A stretch of 64,000 nt of DNA from Antedon mediterranea. Its lineage: Eukaryota; Animalia; Echinodermata. The notes under the pieces were generated by a model. It saw only the letters and a program-made list of their open reading frames with translations. It did no database searches and was not told the DNA's origin. The translations under genes were made by a program, and so were the position numbers. The DNA lies in the NCBI RefSeq assembly GCF_964355755.1, contig NC_092673.1, positions 28,703,648 through 28,767,647 on the forward strand. Reading direction: 5' to 3'. Positions 26,401-38,500 of this stretch are shown here, one piece after another (positions within the stretch are counted from its first letter, which is position 1; every line of letters starts with the position of its first letter).

Positions 26401-29400
26401 CACCTAGATAGGTACTTTTACAGGTTAATTTTTTTTAAATAAATAATGCCAACTATAAGAAGGTCAAAGGTCAACAGGTTCACATTACAATAAAGTTATG
26501 CGCTTCTTGTTGAATGTACTTTCCCTTGATATTAAAAGTGCAAAGAAAAAAAAGAAGAAATTGGCAGTATAAAATATTTTCACATGCTTAATATCAAATT
26601 CAATTTAAAGAAACATTTGAGTTAAATTAAAAATATGTAAGAAGCCTTCAACTTGCCTTTAAAAGTAGAGCTTGGACGCTACGTTCATCTTTGAGTATTG
26701 CCTGGAGGATAGAACATATGTAACAATAACATTATGTATCATGTTGCAGTTTGGACCTTAGGGACAACAACTGACTTAAAATCATAAAATTTCTAATAAT
26801 ATGCTATCAAATACAATTCAACTGAAATAATTCCAGGAAAGAGAATCCATTTGTAATTGACACTTTAAAGTTCATCAAGTTTATATTGTGTCACAAATTT
26901 GTGAATTAAAACTATGCTACACCAAGTATTTGTAGGTCTTAACCTCTGTTCACACAATTAAAATTTATGTGACAAAAAAATATGTGTCCATATATGAACA
27001 TGATGATGTCATATCATTACCATATTTGGGCACATCACACTTTTTTGTCAAACTAGTTTGATGGTGTAGAAAGAGCTTTACATCACAGTTTGCCACTTAA
27101 ATCAAGGTAGAATACCAGTAACTGTTTATCCTACCTAAGTATACAAGGATGGTGTATGTAGAGAATAATGATTATATCTAACCTGTAGCTGTTTAGCAGA
27201 TCCTCGGAATCCATGAATGAGAAAAGATTCAAATAAATGCTGACTTTGTATTTCATCTAAAGTCTAATAAAAGAAAAGTCAAATATCAATTATTGTAAGA
27301 TTTTAGATAATACAAATCTTTATTGTCGAGATGGTTTATTCATTTATAAAGCTCTGTGTACACTATCAAACTAGTTTGACAAAAAAGTGTGATGCGTCCA
27401 AATATCGTAGTGATATGCCCAAATATGGTAGTGATATGACATCATCGTGTCCATATATGAGTACACCACATTTGTTTGTCCCATGAAATTTGATAGTGTA
27501 GACAGAGCTATTTTATAGTAAATAAATATTAAAAGTTTCATACCAAAAATTTTGAAAGTCTAACACAGAAATTTAATTCAGGTTTTCCAATAGCTTTATC
27601 TCCTTTGAGCTTTACAGCTGATGCAGCACTGCAATTAATGATTTAAATAAAAATAACAAATTATTTATGGGATATTAAGTAACTAAATGGAGTGGTTATA
27701 TTCGGCCAGTGGCCAGAAGCGATGTAGCGATGTTCCTGCACTCTGTTCAGTTTTAAATTTTATACGGAACATTATTTCAGTATTTTATTTTTCATTTACA
27801 ATACATAAAAAGGTTATGAATATTTGTCTAAAACTATTGTCAAGAAAAGAAGCTTAACATGGAAAACAAATAAGAACAAAATAGTGTCAATCAGGGGAGA
27901 GGATAACAGGTAATACATGTTTTTTTAGTACAGTGAGAGAATTACAAACTGGGCTTAGGATTTGTCAAAGTAAATATTGATATTCCTGGCAGGGTAGACT
28001 TGATACACAATAATTGGCAAACACTACTGTACCTTGAGACCTATAACTTAATATTAATCAAGGCTGTCTCATTAACATTACACCTTTAACTATATTTGTT
28101 GGATGTAATTTGTCTTTTTGAGCAATTAAAGCAGAGAAATATTAGTACAGTAATATGTTTAGTATTTGATGTATAATTTGTATAAGAACATAAACAATCA
28201 AATCATCAATTACTAATATCCCTCGGATGGTATGACCTTTAAACATTGATGGATGTTTACCTAGGAAGATATGAAGGATGTTAACAAGTAGTAGTGACAT
28301 TTTATGTCAAAGTTTTTGAAGATGGGCCTATAAAATGTTTTTAATTTCCTGTTTTTGAAAAGGATATTAAAAGGGTACCTGGAGGATATTAAGTGGGTAC
28401 CTGGATAAGAAGACTGGAAGAGCAAATGTACCTATTGAATTGGCATCCAGGCAACAATTACACTTATTGAATTAGTGTGCTTGTTCGGACTACTAAGGAA
28501 ATATATCCTTGAGGTTGTATTTCCTTTAAAACCCAAACCAATAGGAATTTCCCTCAAGCGGAATTTAGATAAAACATTTTTAAGAGTAAGGTTCCCCTTT
28601 GCCTATGCGTGAATGATAGCTGTGTCCAGTGGAAATCAATGAATGAGAAATTAAAATCAGATAATACAATTTTTTTTAAATATATTTTGAATATTTTTAT
28701 ACATTTTCAAATAAAAAAAAAATAAAGTAAATAAACAATTTTTATTAATTTGTAAACTATATTTAGTACCTTGGTTTCTTGTAAAACAGTAATCCATCTA
28801 AAAGTTTCTGTTTATTAACTGATAATTCATCCTTAACAAGCTCCTACAAATATAAAAATAAAATGGTAGTAACTAGTATACAGTATGTATGTGTTAATTT
28901 CATTTGTTTAATAGAGGTTAGTAAGTCTAAAAAGCTGTTTCTTGATTTGATTGATTGATTGAATTGATAAAAGCATTAAGAATCAAATAATGTTTGATAC
29001 ACAGTATAAATCATTTATAATAGTAACAATGCACCATATATTATGTTTAATATGTTTGCTTAATAAAAAAAAAAGAAATTCTGGGAAAAATAAAATGAAT
29101 GTTCAATCAAGTTAATACTAAAGAGTCATACACTTTACATTTGCTAATTTTGTTTTTATAAATTAACTATTATATCAATTCACTACTAGTACTACTAGGC
29201 TAGTATATAGGCCTTATCCTTACTACTACTGTACTATCAACATAATGGCAGTTAAAAATCTTTGTTACACAAACCTTTGAGCGTATTGCTGATCTACCAG
29301 AGATGAGTTGAAAAAAGTCATGGTTCAATCTGTCAAATGTCATTAAAAAGGTGTATTTTTTTAAATGTAATTGTTTGTACATATATTATATGTAATTACT

Positions 29401-29733
29401 ATTAATGAATTGTTATTATTATTTAATTTTAAACGAGGTCTGTACTATTGAACTCTACTCGGTAAACCACACAGCACTGCAGAGATAAATCAGCTCTACC
29501 CTAGGTAAGCCGGATCATTGGTTAGGCCTACAGTCTCCACTCTACACATACAGCGTACACACGCTTGACAGTCTGCATGCTGGATAGTGTGTGCCTACTG
29601 TACTACTAGGTAGCTAGGCCTAGGCCTACATATTTTAAAATTACAACTTCAAATCTACAATATATAAAATAACACGAATGTGAAAGTTTTGTAACACCCA
29701 ATATTTGCACATATTGTACCTTAGATTTGTCAT
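2497..29733 (-). CDS. NUP188: Nucleoporin NUP188 homolog, complete, 48 coding exons, ~1769 aa
   Basis: Exons reconstructed with phase-consistent GT/GC-AG junctions (5'->3'): 29720-29733, 29275-29329, 28770-28843, 27544-27628, 27183-27263, 26657-26701, 26176-26268, 25653-25775, 25346-25393, 25033-25119, 24433-24515, 23958-24029, 22922-22964, 22109-22309, 21747-21902, 21154-21267, 20622-20751, 20443-20508, 20128-20229, 19747-19867, 19026-19113, 18439-18515, 17890-18004, 17520-17728, 17022-17141, 16530-16776, 15649-15738, 15121-15273, 14531-14596, 14156-14259, 12976-13107, 12352-12430, 12022-12147, 11833-11910, 11630-11715, 11170-11324, 10273-10460, 9716-9847, 8952-9020, 8725-8817, 8184-8330, 7168-7380, 6281-6414, 5852-5930, 5126-5257, 4897-4988, 4436-4568, 2497-2676 (sum 5310 nt). 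Peptides match recalled vertebrate NUP188: KQGFGTRQTNKHL, VAPMSIYGCLG..AIRD..RLQS, ILEFLSAAVDSQPGLIEMFLNL, WLGVYRLSLSLM, RDKQLLKRELGSEL..LQRFFRRG. Confidence 0.95.
4660..4790. repeat. (AACT)n / CTGTTAAACTAACTA tandem repeat
   Basis: Directly visible tandem array in a NUP188 intron. Confidence 0.85.
5432..5530. mobile_element. Small TIR element
   Basis: GCCCATTTACACTAGGAC ... GTCCTAGTGTAAATGGGC, an 18-bp inverted repeat. Confidence 0.6.
6516..6688. mobile_element. MITE family A copy with extra 21-bp units
   Basis: Family A core with three ACTACCATATTTGGG units. Confidence 0.8.
7430..7680. mobile_element. P-element-like non-autonomous element
   Basis: CATG...CATG termini with imperfect TIR (CATGGAGGAAAGATATA / TATATTTCTTTCATG) and an exact 7-bp flanking duplication GTAAGAT (7423-7429, 7681-7687). 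Confidence 0.55.
8395..8545. mobile_element. MITE family A copy
   Basis: Family A core and right TIR. Confidence 0.8.
9430..9690 (-). mobile_element. tRNA-derived SINE with CORE-like central domain
   Basis: Minus strand: tRNA-like head with B-box GGTTCAAATCC, then TTAGGCAAGATACTTTAC..CTCTCCACCCAGAAGTATAAATGGG. Second copy at 17283-17454. Confidence 0.7.
9968..10125. mobile_element. MITE family B copy
   Basis: TTGGTTTCCACTA...TAGTGGAAACCAAGCT TIRs. Confidence 0.75.
10520..10930 (+). mobile_element. Degenerate Nin/Deu-type SINE interrupted by an L2-type 3' tail insertion (10689-10871)
   Basis: GTGTACAC..GCACTTAAAAGAAC matches the SINE at 15897-16215. The insert ends AAGCGCCTTGAGCAT..GCGCTATATAAAT(TTA)n and is flanked by a TGCAC(C)TTAAA duplication. 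Confidence 0.55.
11404..11546. mobile_element. MITE family A copy
   Basis: Family A TIRs and core. Confidence 0.8.
12512..12691. repeat. Unclassified dispersed repeat; inverted partner at 23552-23730
   Basis: About 180 bp nearly identical to the reverse complement of 23552-23730. Confidence 0.75.
13460..14082 (+). mobile_element. Putative non-autonomous Helitron
   Basis: A|TCTATATATAAA start and ..CTAG|T end (A/T insertion site, no TSD). The 3' subterminal region is GC-richer but the hairpin is weak. Confidence 0.45.
14646..15048. mobile_element. MITE with ~40-bp TIR (PIF/Harbinger-ISL2EU-like)
   Basis: AGAGAGGTTTCGCAATCTTACGAATACGATAACGAAAACG ... CGTTTTCGTTATCGTATTCGTAAGGTTGCGAAACCTCCCT, with AAT on both flanks. 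Confidence 0.8.
15897..16215 (-). mobile_element. Nin/Deu-domain tRNA SINE
   Basis: Minus strand: tRNA-like head, GGATAAGGACTATAAACCGTAGGTCC..GCACTTTAAAGAACC (Deu/Nin-like), (TTCAA)n tail. Closely similar copy at 35011-35325. Confidence 0.75.
16285..16425. mobile_element. MITE family A copy nested in a SINE
   Basis: Family A TIRs. The flanks continue the SINE seen intact at 19178-19305. Confidence 0.8.
17283..17454 (-). mobile_element. CORE-like tRNA SINE copy
   Basis: Homologous to 9500-9690. Confidence 0.7.
18092..18353. mobile_element. Kolobok-like non-autonomous element (degenerate copy of 55107-55440)
   Basis: Shares GTCAAATTGGCTGCCAGCCAA and the ..GGACAATACATCT|TTAA end. Confidence 0.65.
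18660..18813. mobile_element. MITE family A copy
   Basis: Full TIRs, TAA/TTA flanks. Confidence 0.85.
19178..19305 (+). mobile_element. Short tRNA-derived SINE (third family)
   Basis: GGAGCTGTAGCTTGGTGGTTAA (A-box-like) .. GGTTCAATC (B-box-like). An interrupted homolog lies at 15838-16460. Confidence 0.55.
19524..19684. mobile_element. MITE family A copy (near consensus)
   Basis: Full TIRs, TTA/TAA flanks. Confidence 0.85.
19897..20096. mobile_element. TIR element; related sequence at 1-90
   Basis: TCAAAATTTTTCTACTGCAG..ACTGCAGTAAC / GTTACTGCAG..CTGCAGTAGAATATTTTGA inverted ends. Confidence 0.55.
23552..23730. repeat. Dispersed repeat, inverted partner of 12512-12691
   Basis: Direct sequence comparison. 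Confidence 0.75.
25962..26190. repeat. 24/25-bp minisatellite made of the NUP188 exon 7/intron 7 junction
   Basis: Unit on the minus strand is GGTCATCCA(T/G)ACCAT plus a GT-starting 9-10 nt spacer; about 9.5 copies. Confidence 0.9.
26941..27077. mobile_element. MITE family A copy
   Basis: Family A core and TIRs. Confidence 0.75.
27350..27509. mobile_element. MITE family A copy, inverted relative to 26941
   Basis: Family A core and TIRs. Confidence 0.8.
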
Positions 29734-31159
29734 GTTTACGTCTTTCTTTATCACAATTTACCGCCACACTCTGGAAGCGGCCATATGTTTGACCTATGAC
29801 CAGCAAGATTGACAAAAGTGTTGACAGAATTAGGTCGCGGTCCAACACGATTTCTGATTAAAATTAGCAGCATTCTACTCTCTGTTGTATTATTGGGTAG
29901 CTGTCAAAATGATGCTACAATTTTGAATTGATCACAAATTAGTTAACAAGTTAATTTACTTTCAATATAATATAATTTATATAATACATAATTTCAACAA
30001 AAACATCTTTCAAATAATACTAGGCCTATACACAACTATTTTAATTAAATTGTGTAGATTTATTTTTTTATGAACCTTCTGTGACAGTGTGCCTTAAAAT
30101 AACACTATCCTTATTACAAAACAAGTGGTCTACGAGCCCGTCTGTAAGATTATCTTGGGATTCGAACTCTGCAGCTTCTGCTTATATGCGTGCACTAATA
30201 CCATTATACCACTATTTACAGTGGACTTCCGCTGAAAGACTCGACTCAAAACACAAAACATTCAGAAACAATTGTTAAATTGCAGCAAATTTATTGAATT
30301 ATACTGTAATCGGTCACATTGTCACGTTTTTTTTTATAAAATGAAATATACACAACGAATCATTTGTTTATTAAAGCCTACTATTTATAATACAGTATTA
30401 GTTATCGTAGAGTAGACCTATTTTATTGTTCTGACGTTGAACTAAGAATATACATAAATTACAAGACACAAATTGTATTTCGCGTTCACATTTTGGGTTT
30501 TAAACTTATCATTAAACTTCAATCATAAGTTTTTGAAATGTCAAGACCATAGCCTTTGCAATATCGGTAACATTTGATCAACGATTTTAAAGATATCGAC
30601 ATTCATCATTCAATTAAGAGAGGCCTTGTACAGATTAGATCAGAATCATTAATAAACTAATTAAATCAATTTGGGACCCAATTTGGCCTGTAGGCCTATA
30701 CGTATTATATATAATCTTCTCAACAATATTCAATTGTAAATTTCAACATAAAACCACCAACTAGGATGTGAACAGTAAACGTGGAGCTATCTAAGTAAGT
30801 ATAGTATATCAACAACCCAATATGTTAACATTAAAAATGACGGCTAATAATTTTGAATACAGATACATTTTGACAAAATACATATATGACATTGACCCTG
30901 TTTAAAATGTTAACCTTCTGTATTACCTATGTTTTCATATTTTGTTCAAAATTTGAAATGATATGAATTTATTAAACGTGATTTTGTTGTTATTCAAAAT
31001 GAATAATAGAATACCAACGCGACAATCTGGAAGAGATGATGTCGCTCGTGGGCTCATCGTCGACGTACGCCTTTGCACATTTTTCCGAGTCCCACTTAGT
31101 GCATATTTTAGCAGTCAACATTTAAACTTCAACCTATTTCTAACTCACCACTTGTATTA

Positions 31160-31306
31160 AGCTCTGTCTAAAAAGTGATACGTGTATTTGATGTGCCCAA
31201 ATATGGTAGCAATATGCCCAAATATGGTAGTGATATGACATCATCATGTCCATATATGGGCACATCACATTTTTGTCACATAAAGTTAGATAGTGCAAAC
31301 AGATCT
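31160..31306. mobile_element. MITE family A copy
   Basis: Family A core. Confidence 0.75.
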
Positions 31307-31689
31307 TTACACCATGTTACGCGTGCGCAGATTATGACGTGCGCGTCAAATGTGTGCCATTCACTAACAGTAATACGTTACAAAGACTAATAACATCGCC
31401 TACTATATATTCTAAAACATATTCTAAATTAGTTGATATCAAAAACAAATAATTACATATGCCCTGCATAATATTAATAAACCTATAATTGACATACGCT
31501 ACGGTACAGTAGACGTACGTAAAAACAACATAGTTTAAAAACACGTATATTAAAACTAACAAATCCATAAAAATTAGTAATATAAAATGGTGCAAACTTT
31601 AACAATATTTTTACAAATTATTCACTATTTGTTTATTTGCACATTTATTATTGATAGTCTGAATTGGATTGTCCAACAATCAAACTAAA

Positions 31690-31914
31690 AGCTTGGTTCT
31701 CACTATGACACAACGCAAGAAGCGAAGGACTCATTATGATTGGTCGAATTATTTACGTTGCGTCTAAAGCTTGGTTCACACTAGGACGTAACGCAAGGAC
31801 GTAGATGCAACACAAGTGAGTTAACCAATCACACGTTCGAATAATCCATTGCTTGAAATTGGTCAAATCACCTTGCGTTACGTCCTTAAATTGCCTCTTA
31901 ATTAGAACAAAGCT
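31690..31914. mobile_element. Two adjacent or nested MITE family B copies
   Basis: AGCTTGGTTC starts at 31690 and 31768. Confidence 0.7.
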
Positions 31915-32541
31915 TTAATGTACTGTATTTTATGCAAGCTTAAGACAAAAACATTTTCGATCAACATTATAAACAACTTAATACATCATGAACTTAATGT
32001 GGAGGCTGTAGGTAGACATAAAGCGATTCACTCATCAATTTAACGTCGACGCCACGCATATAACTATGCGATATCAGGATACGTGTCGTGGTATCACTCA
32101 CTCCTCACACACAATTTATTATATAGTACGGTATGTTGCAGTTACCACGTCCAGTATCCGTGCGGGACGTGACATCATTTCAATTTTTATAGTTAACGTA
32201 ATTTACTGGTAGGGCCTATACTAAATCACCCGATTCTCTTTACTGTATCTGCACATATTATGGCATTCTGTCCAGTATAATTGGAAAATTCTCCAATACA
32301 GTTTCACATAGTATTACTCATCAGTTTGTGTTTAGAATTATGATACCGATATCCCATGTGATACAGATGTGACCCTGTATCAAGTCTATTTTATCTACCC
32401 TCCAATTTCAAATCTACAGGGGAAACTACCTACATCATAGCTTCAACATCATTATATATTACAAACACAAACATCCATCAACAACCTTTTCTTACGTAAT
32501 AATAATATTTATAATTTTAACGCAATCATTTAAAATTGTTA

Positions 32542-35500
32542 TCATAGTTGACCAATCGCATTGCATCCAGCCATCGTATTCTTGTCCATGATGTTGCTAG
32601 CAAAGTCCATCAAGATACCATCAACATACACGTTTTGTAAGCACCCCTGGAAACCGTTACTAAGTACGCGCTCATCTTTATGATTATCTGGTAAACCGCC
32701 AATTAGTAGAGGTGACGTCACATCTAAAAACCTGCGTAACAATTTGGGAAATCATTAAAATAGATTTTCATCGGTATAGTGGGGAAAAAACTTAAGTTAA
32801 ACTAGTCTCTTCCCTAGCTCCGTCTACACTATCAAACTTTATCTGCCAAAAATTTGATGTGCCCATATATAGACATGATGGTGTCATATCACTACTATAT
32901 TTGGGCATACTATATGCGAGAACATCACACTTTTTTTGTCAAAGTATAGTTTTATAGTGTAGATAGGCCTAGAGCTGCTTTAATGTAGTCACCCAGCTTC
33001 AATTCTCGATTCACCCGAAAGGCCCTGAACCACAGGCAAGTCTTTAGCAAGTGAACTGTAATTTATACCAGTCATCAAAACCATAAATTAAATATTAATC
33101 ATCGACGCCGTTTAATTTATCGTCACTAACATTAGGTTTAATCACCCAGAAAGTTCTTATCATCATCGTCTGCGCACAATTGGGAATCGAATATGTGTGA
33201 ACGCACGGTAAGAGGTAAGTAGAAGGTGAGTTAACTTCCTTAGTGGTTTACTTTGGTTCATAACCATTCTGTCTAGAGACATATATTATACTTGTATACG
33301 TGTAAAGTACGTATTGACTCAACCTTTGGCCCCCTGACTATCAGAAAGGGTTTAGTCATAATGACTACTGCAGTACCGTAGATTCGAACCGAGAATCTAA
33401 GTATGAACTACCGTTAACCCAAGATACTGCCTGGATTAAGCTATCTGTACAATGGTCATTCTGGTTAAATGTATATTTATTTTAAATCTGCTGAATAGTC
33501 ACAGTCACAGTCGAGGCTCATGATACTCTTAATGTGCTGTTTAAAGGTCGCTTGCCATTAGGACGCAACGTAAGGACATTTAAGCTTGGTTTCCACTAGT
33601 GACGCAACGCAAGGACAACGTAAGTGATTTAACCAATCACAATTGGGTTATTCGAACAGTGGCTTGTCATTGGTCAACTCGCTTGCGTTGCGTTTACGTC
33701 CTTGCGTTACGTCCTAGTGAGAACCACGCTTTAAGCGCCAAAACTATTTTGACCAATCACGACGCGATGGATCATCCGAACTGTCGCTTGTGATTGGTCA
33801 ACTCACTTGAGTTGTGCTACGTCATTTGCATTACATCCCAGTGGGAACGAAGCTTTAGTTGTGTGTATTTTCCAAAATGATAAAAATAATGCTATAAATT
33901 TTAGTTTTCACTGATAGGTGAGGAATCTGAAGTATTTATTTAAATATAATTCAATTTATGATTTTCTTTATTAATACTTACCAATTGACCTTAGTTGATT
34001 GGGTTGCCGTGGCACTACAGGGAACGTTGCTAATTTTATGCTCATTCTCAATACTTCTGCAATTATCAATTACAACATCTATAATCTGTCCAAAAAAAAA
34101 CGACCCCAAAGTCAACAACTGAAAAGCTGGCCTAGAAAACGTACGTTTAAATTAAATTTCCGCTGATGAGTGTTCTTCCAGGATGGCTGGCTGGCGGTTC
34201 ACTAGTACTTTAAAGGCTAGCCTAGCCTAGCCACGCTATAGTATGTGAAAAAACATTGTTTTTTGGAAAATTCTCAAGTGGCATCTTGACAAAATAGACA
34301 GTTGACAATCGAAGAAATTACATTTTGTGGCAATCATTAGAAAGTTACGTGAGATATTTGAATTTGTGAACACGTGATGATGTAACTTTTACTGTTTTTG
34401 TGACAATTCTATAACTTTAAGGACAAGTTTAAGTGATAGAAAGGCGACCTTGCCAATTTACGAACGCAATTGGCGCTTTCCTTCAAAATTAGAAATATGT
34501 GTGACTTAATATGAACGGAAATTTTAAAATGTATATGGAAGTAGGTCTATCATTTAAAATCACAACACTAACACCACCAATAAGAACATTAAATACACAA
34601 ACAGCTGTGAGTTTTAAATTAAATAGGGCCTATATGGTCTTATCCATTGCCCCATAACATCCAACTGTTTATCAGCGCCGACTACAACAGACAAAACTCT
34701 GCAGTACCACCAACATTAACTTATCATCTTTAAGCACTGACTCACTTTCTTATGGTATAGCATCGTAATGGTATGCCAGACCTGGTCATCCAAACCCCAT
34801 GCTGTTCCAGCTAGCACCCGCATGGTCATCTGTCCGAAGGAAAAGGACAGAATTAAGTTTGAGTCGACGATCTCCAGGGCTAGAAAATCTCGGCGGTGAT
34901 TGTAACGACCTATGTAAAGCAGCATGCCATCTTTGTGAGATGTCTGCAAACTGAAAATATAATTGGATGAATATTTGTATCGTTTTTAATAAACTTAGAG
35001 TCTATATTTTCAATTGAATTGAATTATTTTATTTATAGGCCTATTGGACGACCTCTTCAGTAAAAACTGGTCTCCCAGTTGGCCAAGTTATGATCAGTGG
35101 CTGTGATGTACTAGTCAATACACCGTCGTGGTAACCCCCTAACCCCTAAAAGATGTACTAGGTTCTTTAAAGTGCACATGAGCTAGATGTGTACACTGGA
35201 CCTACGGTTTATAGTAAGAGACAAGATTCGTTCTACCACCAGAACCATGGAGCGAGTGTGACTCGAACCCTTTATTGCCGATGTTACGTAATTACGGTTC
35301 CACTGTCTTAACCGCTCGACCACCACGAGATAAAGTTATCCTAATACGGATACGTGGATGAGCAAAGAAGACTGAAATATGTTATTCTTTAAACATTTTA
35401 ACCTCTCCAAGATTTAAAGCAAATGTAAAAAATAATGTGATCGTTGATATAATTCCAGAAATGGTCGACAGACAAAGGAAAATATAATGCGGTTCACAGA

Positions 35501-38500
35501 CAGACAATAAATATTTATATATTTCCTTTCTAAAAACAAAAGAATGACATCAACATTTTGTACGCTAAATTTAGCTTTCATCATAAAAAAAATCACAAAC
35601 ATCGAATCATTATAAAACTGATTATCTAGGCTTGAAATGTTATGAACCGCTTTAAATAAAAATTAGGGCGCAGAGACGTTTAAGTGCCATGAAGAAAGAA
35701 CGCGCATTTAAATGATGATGAGAGTGATACGTCTTTTGAACGCGCGCGTACACAATCAAAACTGTTTTCATAGAATGGTGGTGTGCATGCCATGTAGAAT
35801 TCATCTGGTGCACACGGTTTAATATTACGAGCGCGTACACGATCAAATGCTATACTTTAGCGGAGCTCAATGCATGCACGGTGTCGGTCCATGTATAATT
35901 CATCTATATAGAGTGCACACGGTACCCTTTCTCTCCATCCTCGATGTAAAGTGAAATGACAGTTACCCATTGAATGACATTCCCTGTATGTCGTTAATAT
36001 AATTACATTATATTTTCTGCCAATCTATCACGTTCCTTTCTTGCAAAACATCCGACGTAAATGTTAAAGTCCATTATATCAAATCAATTAATTAAATAAT
36101 ACGGATCATATTTTAGACACATCAATATGCCATGGCCTATAAATTATATAAAGTTAGTTGAAAAACCGACTTCTGGAGCTAATAATGGCGTAGCATTTTT
36201 TTTATTGGGTTTCTTTCGGCAGTGTTATTAACCCTTTTACTTCAATTAATATTGGTAAGCCAAATATTTTGGTGAAAGGTGGAAACGTAAATTACGCATA
36301 CAAGAGTCGTTCTATTATTATCGGTATTTAGATGCGCGACGTGACGTAACTGATGATGTTTTGCGGGTTGTCTGTAAGAGCTTTAAAGTATAAAACAAAT
36401 CGCATTGTCAAATTGGATTTAGATATATACTGCACGTCGTAATGCCGCCGTCTAGACTAAAGCATCTCTAATCTGTGGAGATTTCCTATAGATAGTGATA
36501 AGGAGTGCTTTAGTCCAATTGTGGTTCTGTAAATGCCAGTACAACAAACTATTAGCCAATAGTTTGATGCGTGACTCTGCTGTTCAGTAAGACAACATAC
36601 AAGTCATCTACGTGATGTTGTAATACTAGCTACTTATTTGTCATGTAACCGAAAGTACGCTTATACAGTATCCTACATTTTTCTGATGTTCGTACAAAAA
36701 AATGTTGATAAGATATCAAAAAGAATCTTTATTTCATAATTTAAGCTTCGTTGATGGATTAAACCTTTATATTCATTCGCGCATGCTTTGCTCTTTATTC
36801 ATTCGCAATTTACGTCCGCGCACAAAAGACGTACCATTACTATCATAATTTGAACGCATGCGTCTAAAGCATGATTCCCACTAGAGGACACAACGCAAGC
36901 GAATTGACCAATGACAAGCGACAGTTCGAATAAGCAATCGATTGTGATTGGTCAAATCCCCAACGTTGAATTCGTCGTTGTGTTGCGTCTCCAGTGGCAA
37001 CTCATTACGTGTCACTAATTTTACCTAAAAGTGATATTAAGAGATTTTCTTGATTGTAGACTTGGAAAGGCTAGGTATGAATCTCCTGTAAAATGGCGTG
37101 ACGTCAGCTCACAGTGAACCCCATCATAGCCGTTCTTACACAGACACTGGAACGTGCCATCTAGACGGGTTACACACTCTCCCCCATTCTTACAAAAGTC
37201 GGCTTGACACAGGTTAATACTCTCTGCACACGTATCACCTATGATTAATGTATTGAATAAAGTACCATTATTAATAGCATATTTGTTATGGTTTAAATTA
37301 TGGGCGATTATTAAGGCTTAACGGAGCGGATATTTAACGCACCATTCAATAATTAATGTAATGTAACTTATACAGCGTAGGCTTAATGCCAACATGATTT
37401 AACATTATTATCATCATAAAACAATACTTATTGAATTTGGTCCTGGGAATTCCTTTGATGTTTCTACTTAGGTTATTATTATTAGTAATGTGTTATGTTA
37501 TATGATTCGATATCCGTATCACACACGCACACTTAATATCAGTATATTTCTACAAGGATTTTGTATACATTTACCAGAATAATAATCCTAATATCTTTAA
37601 ACCATTAATTCCGATAAAAATAAAACGAAAATAAATATAAATCGTTGGATTTAAAATTATTGAATGCGAATTTAATTTACTCCGAAAATAAGCATTAGAT
37701 AGTTATCTACCGATTACAATTGGCATTTATAGGATTTAACAACAAATGTAAGCTAATTAGTAGTTAAGTATTTAGATTTATCGACAATGGATGCAGAATG
37801 GGAAGTTTATCTACAGATATCCCGTAGGTTTACACACAAGAAATGTATCATTGGCCGTCCTATTTTGTAATACCGTGATTTGATTTATACAGTAACATTA
37901 TTTTTTTAGGTTAATTCAGGTGGCATAATATTACTATATTATTATAGTATAATATAATTACATAGTATTATTATTACTACTAAATTTCACCAGCAAAATT
38001 CATTCTCACGTACCTTTGAATAAGCCAGTACAATTACAGAGAACCCTGCCGTCTTCCATCGAGCATTTACTATCATTTTCACATGGGTTTGAGATTAGAC
38101 ACAAGTCCAGTTGTTCTGAACAGTCTTCACCGCCATATCCTGCCGGACATACACACTCTGTGTCATCTGACATTAATAAACCCGCATACACAACATCACG
38201 TCTTTCAGAGAACACCATAGACGTATCGTATACGTTACGTCGTAGCTGGCATACCTGATGGTTAAAGCACATCTGTCGTGTCAGACAGGGGTCTTCGTGC
38301 ACTTGTTCGAATCTGAATCCTAGCCTAGATTCCAATTGTGCTGACGACAGGTAAAGAGCCGTCTTGGATGACTCCACAGAGAAGTACTTCCCGTTGCTAT
38401 CTCGTACAGCTATTGTGATGTATGTATCACGTGATTGATGAACTGGTTCGATATCAAAGAGAAAGACGTTGTTGGAGTTGACCAAGAATATTTCAGCGAT

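Noticed and set aside
32225-32420. Possible further EGF-like exon of the cadherin gene
   Set aside because: Some Cys-containing stretches, but stop codons in the frames examined, no EGF cysteine spacing and no convincing acceptor.
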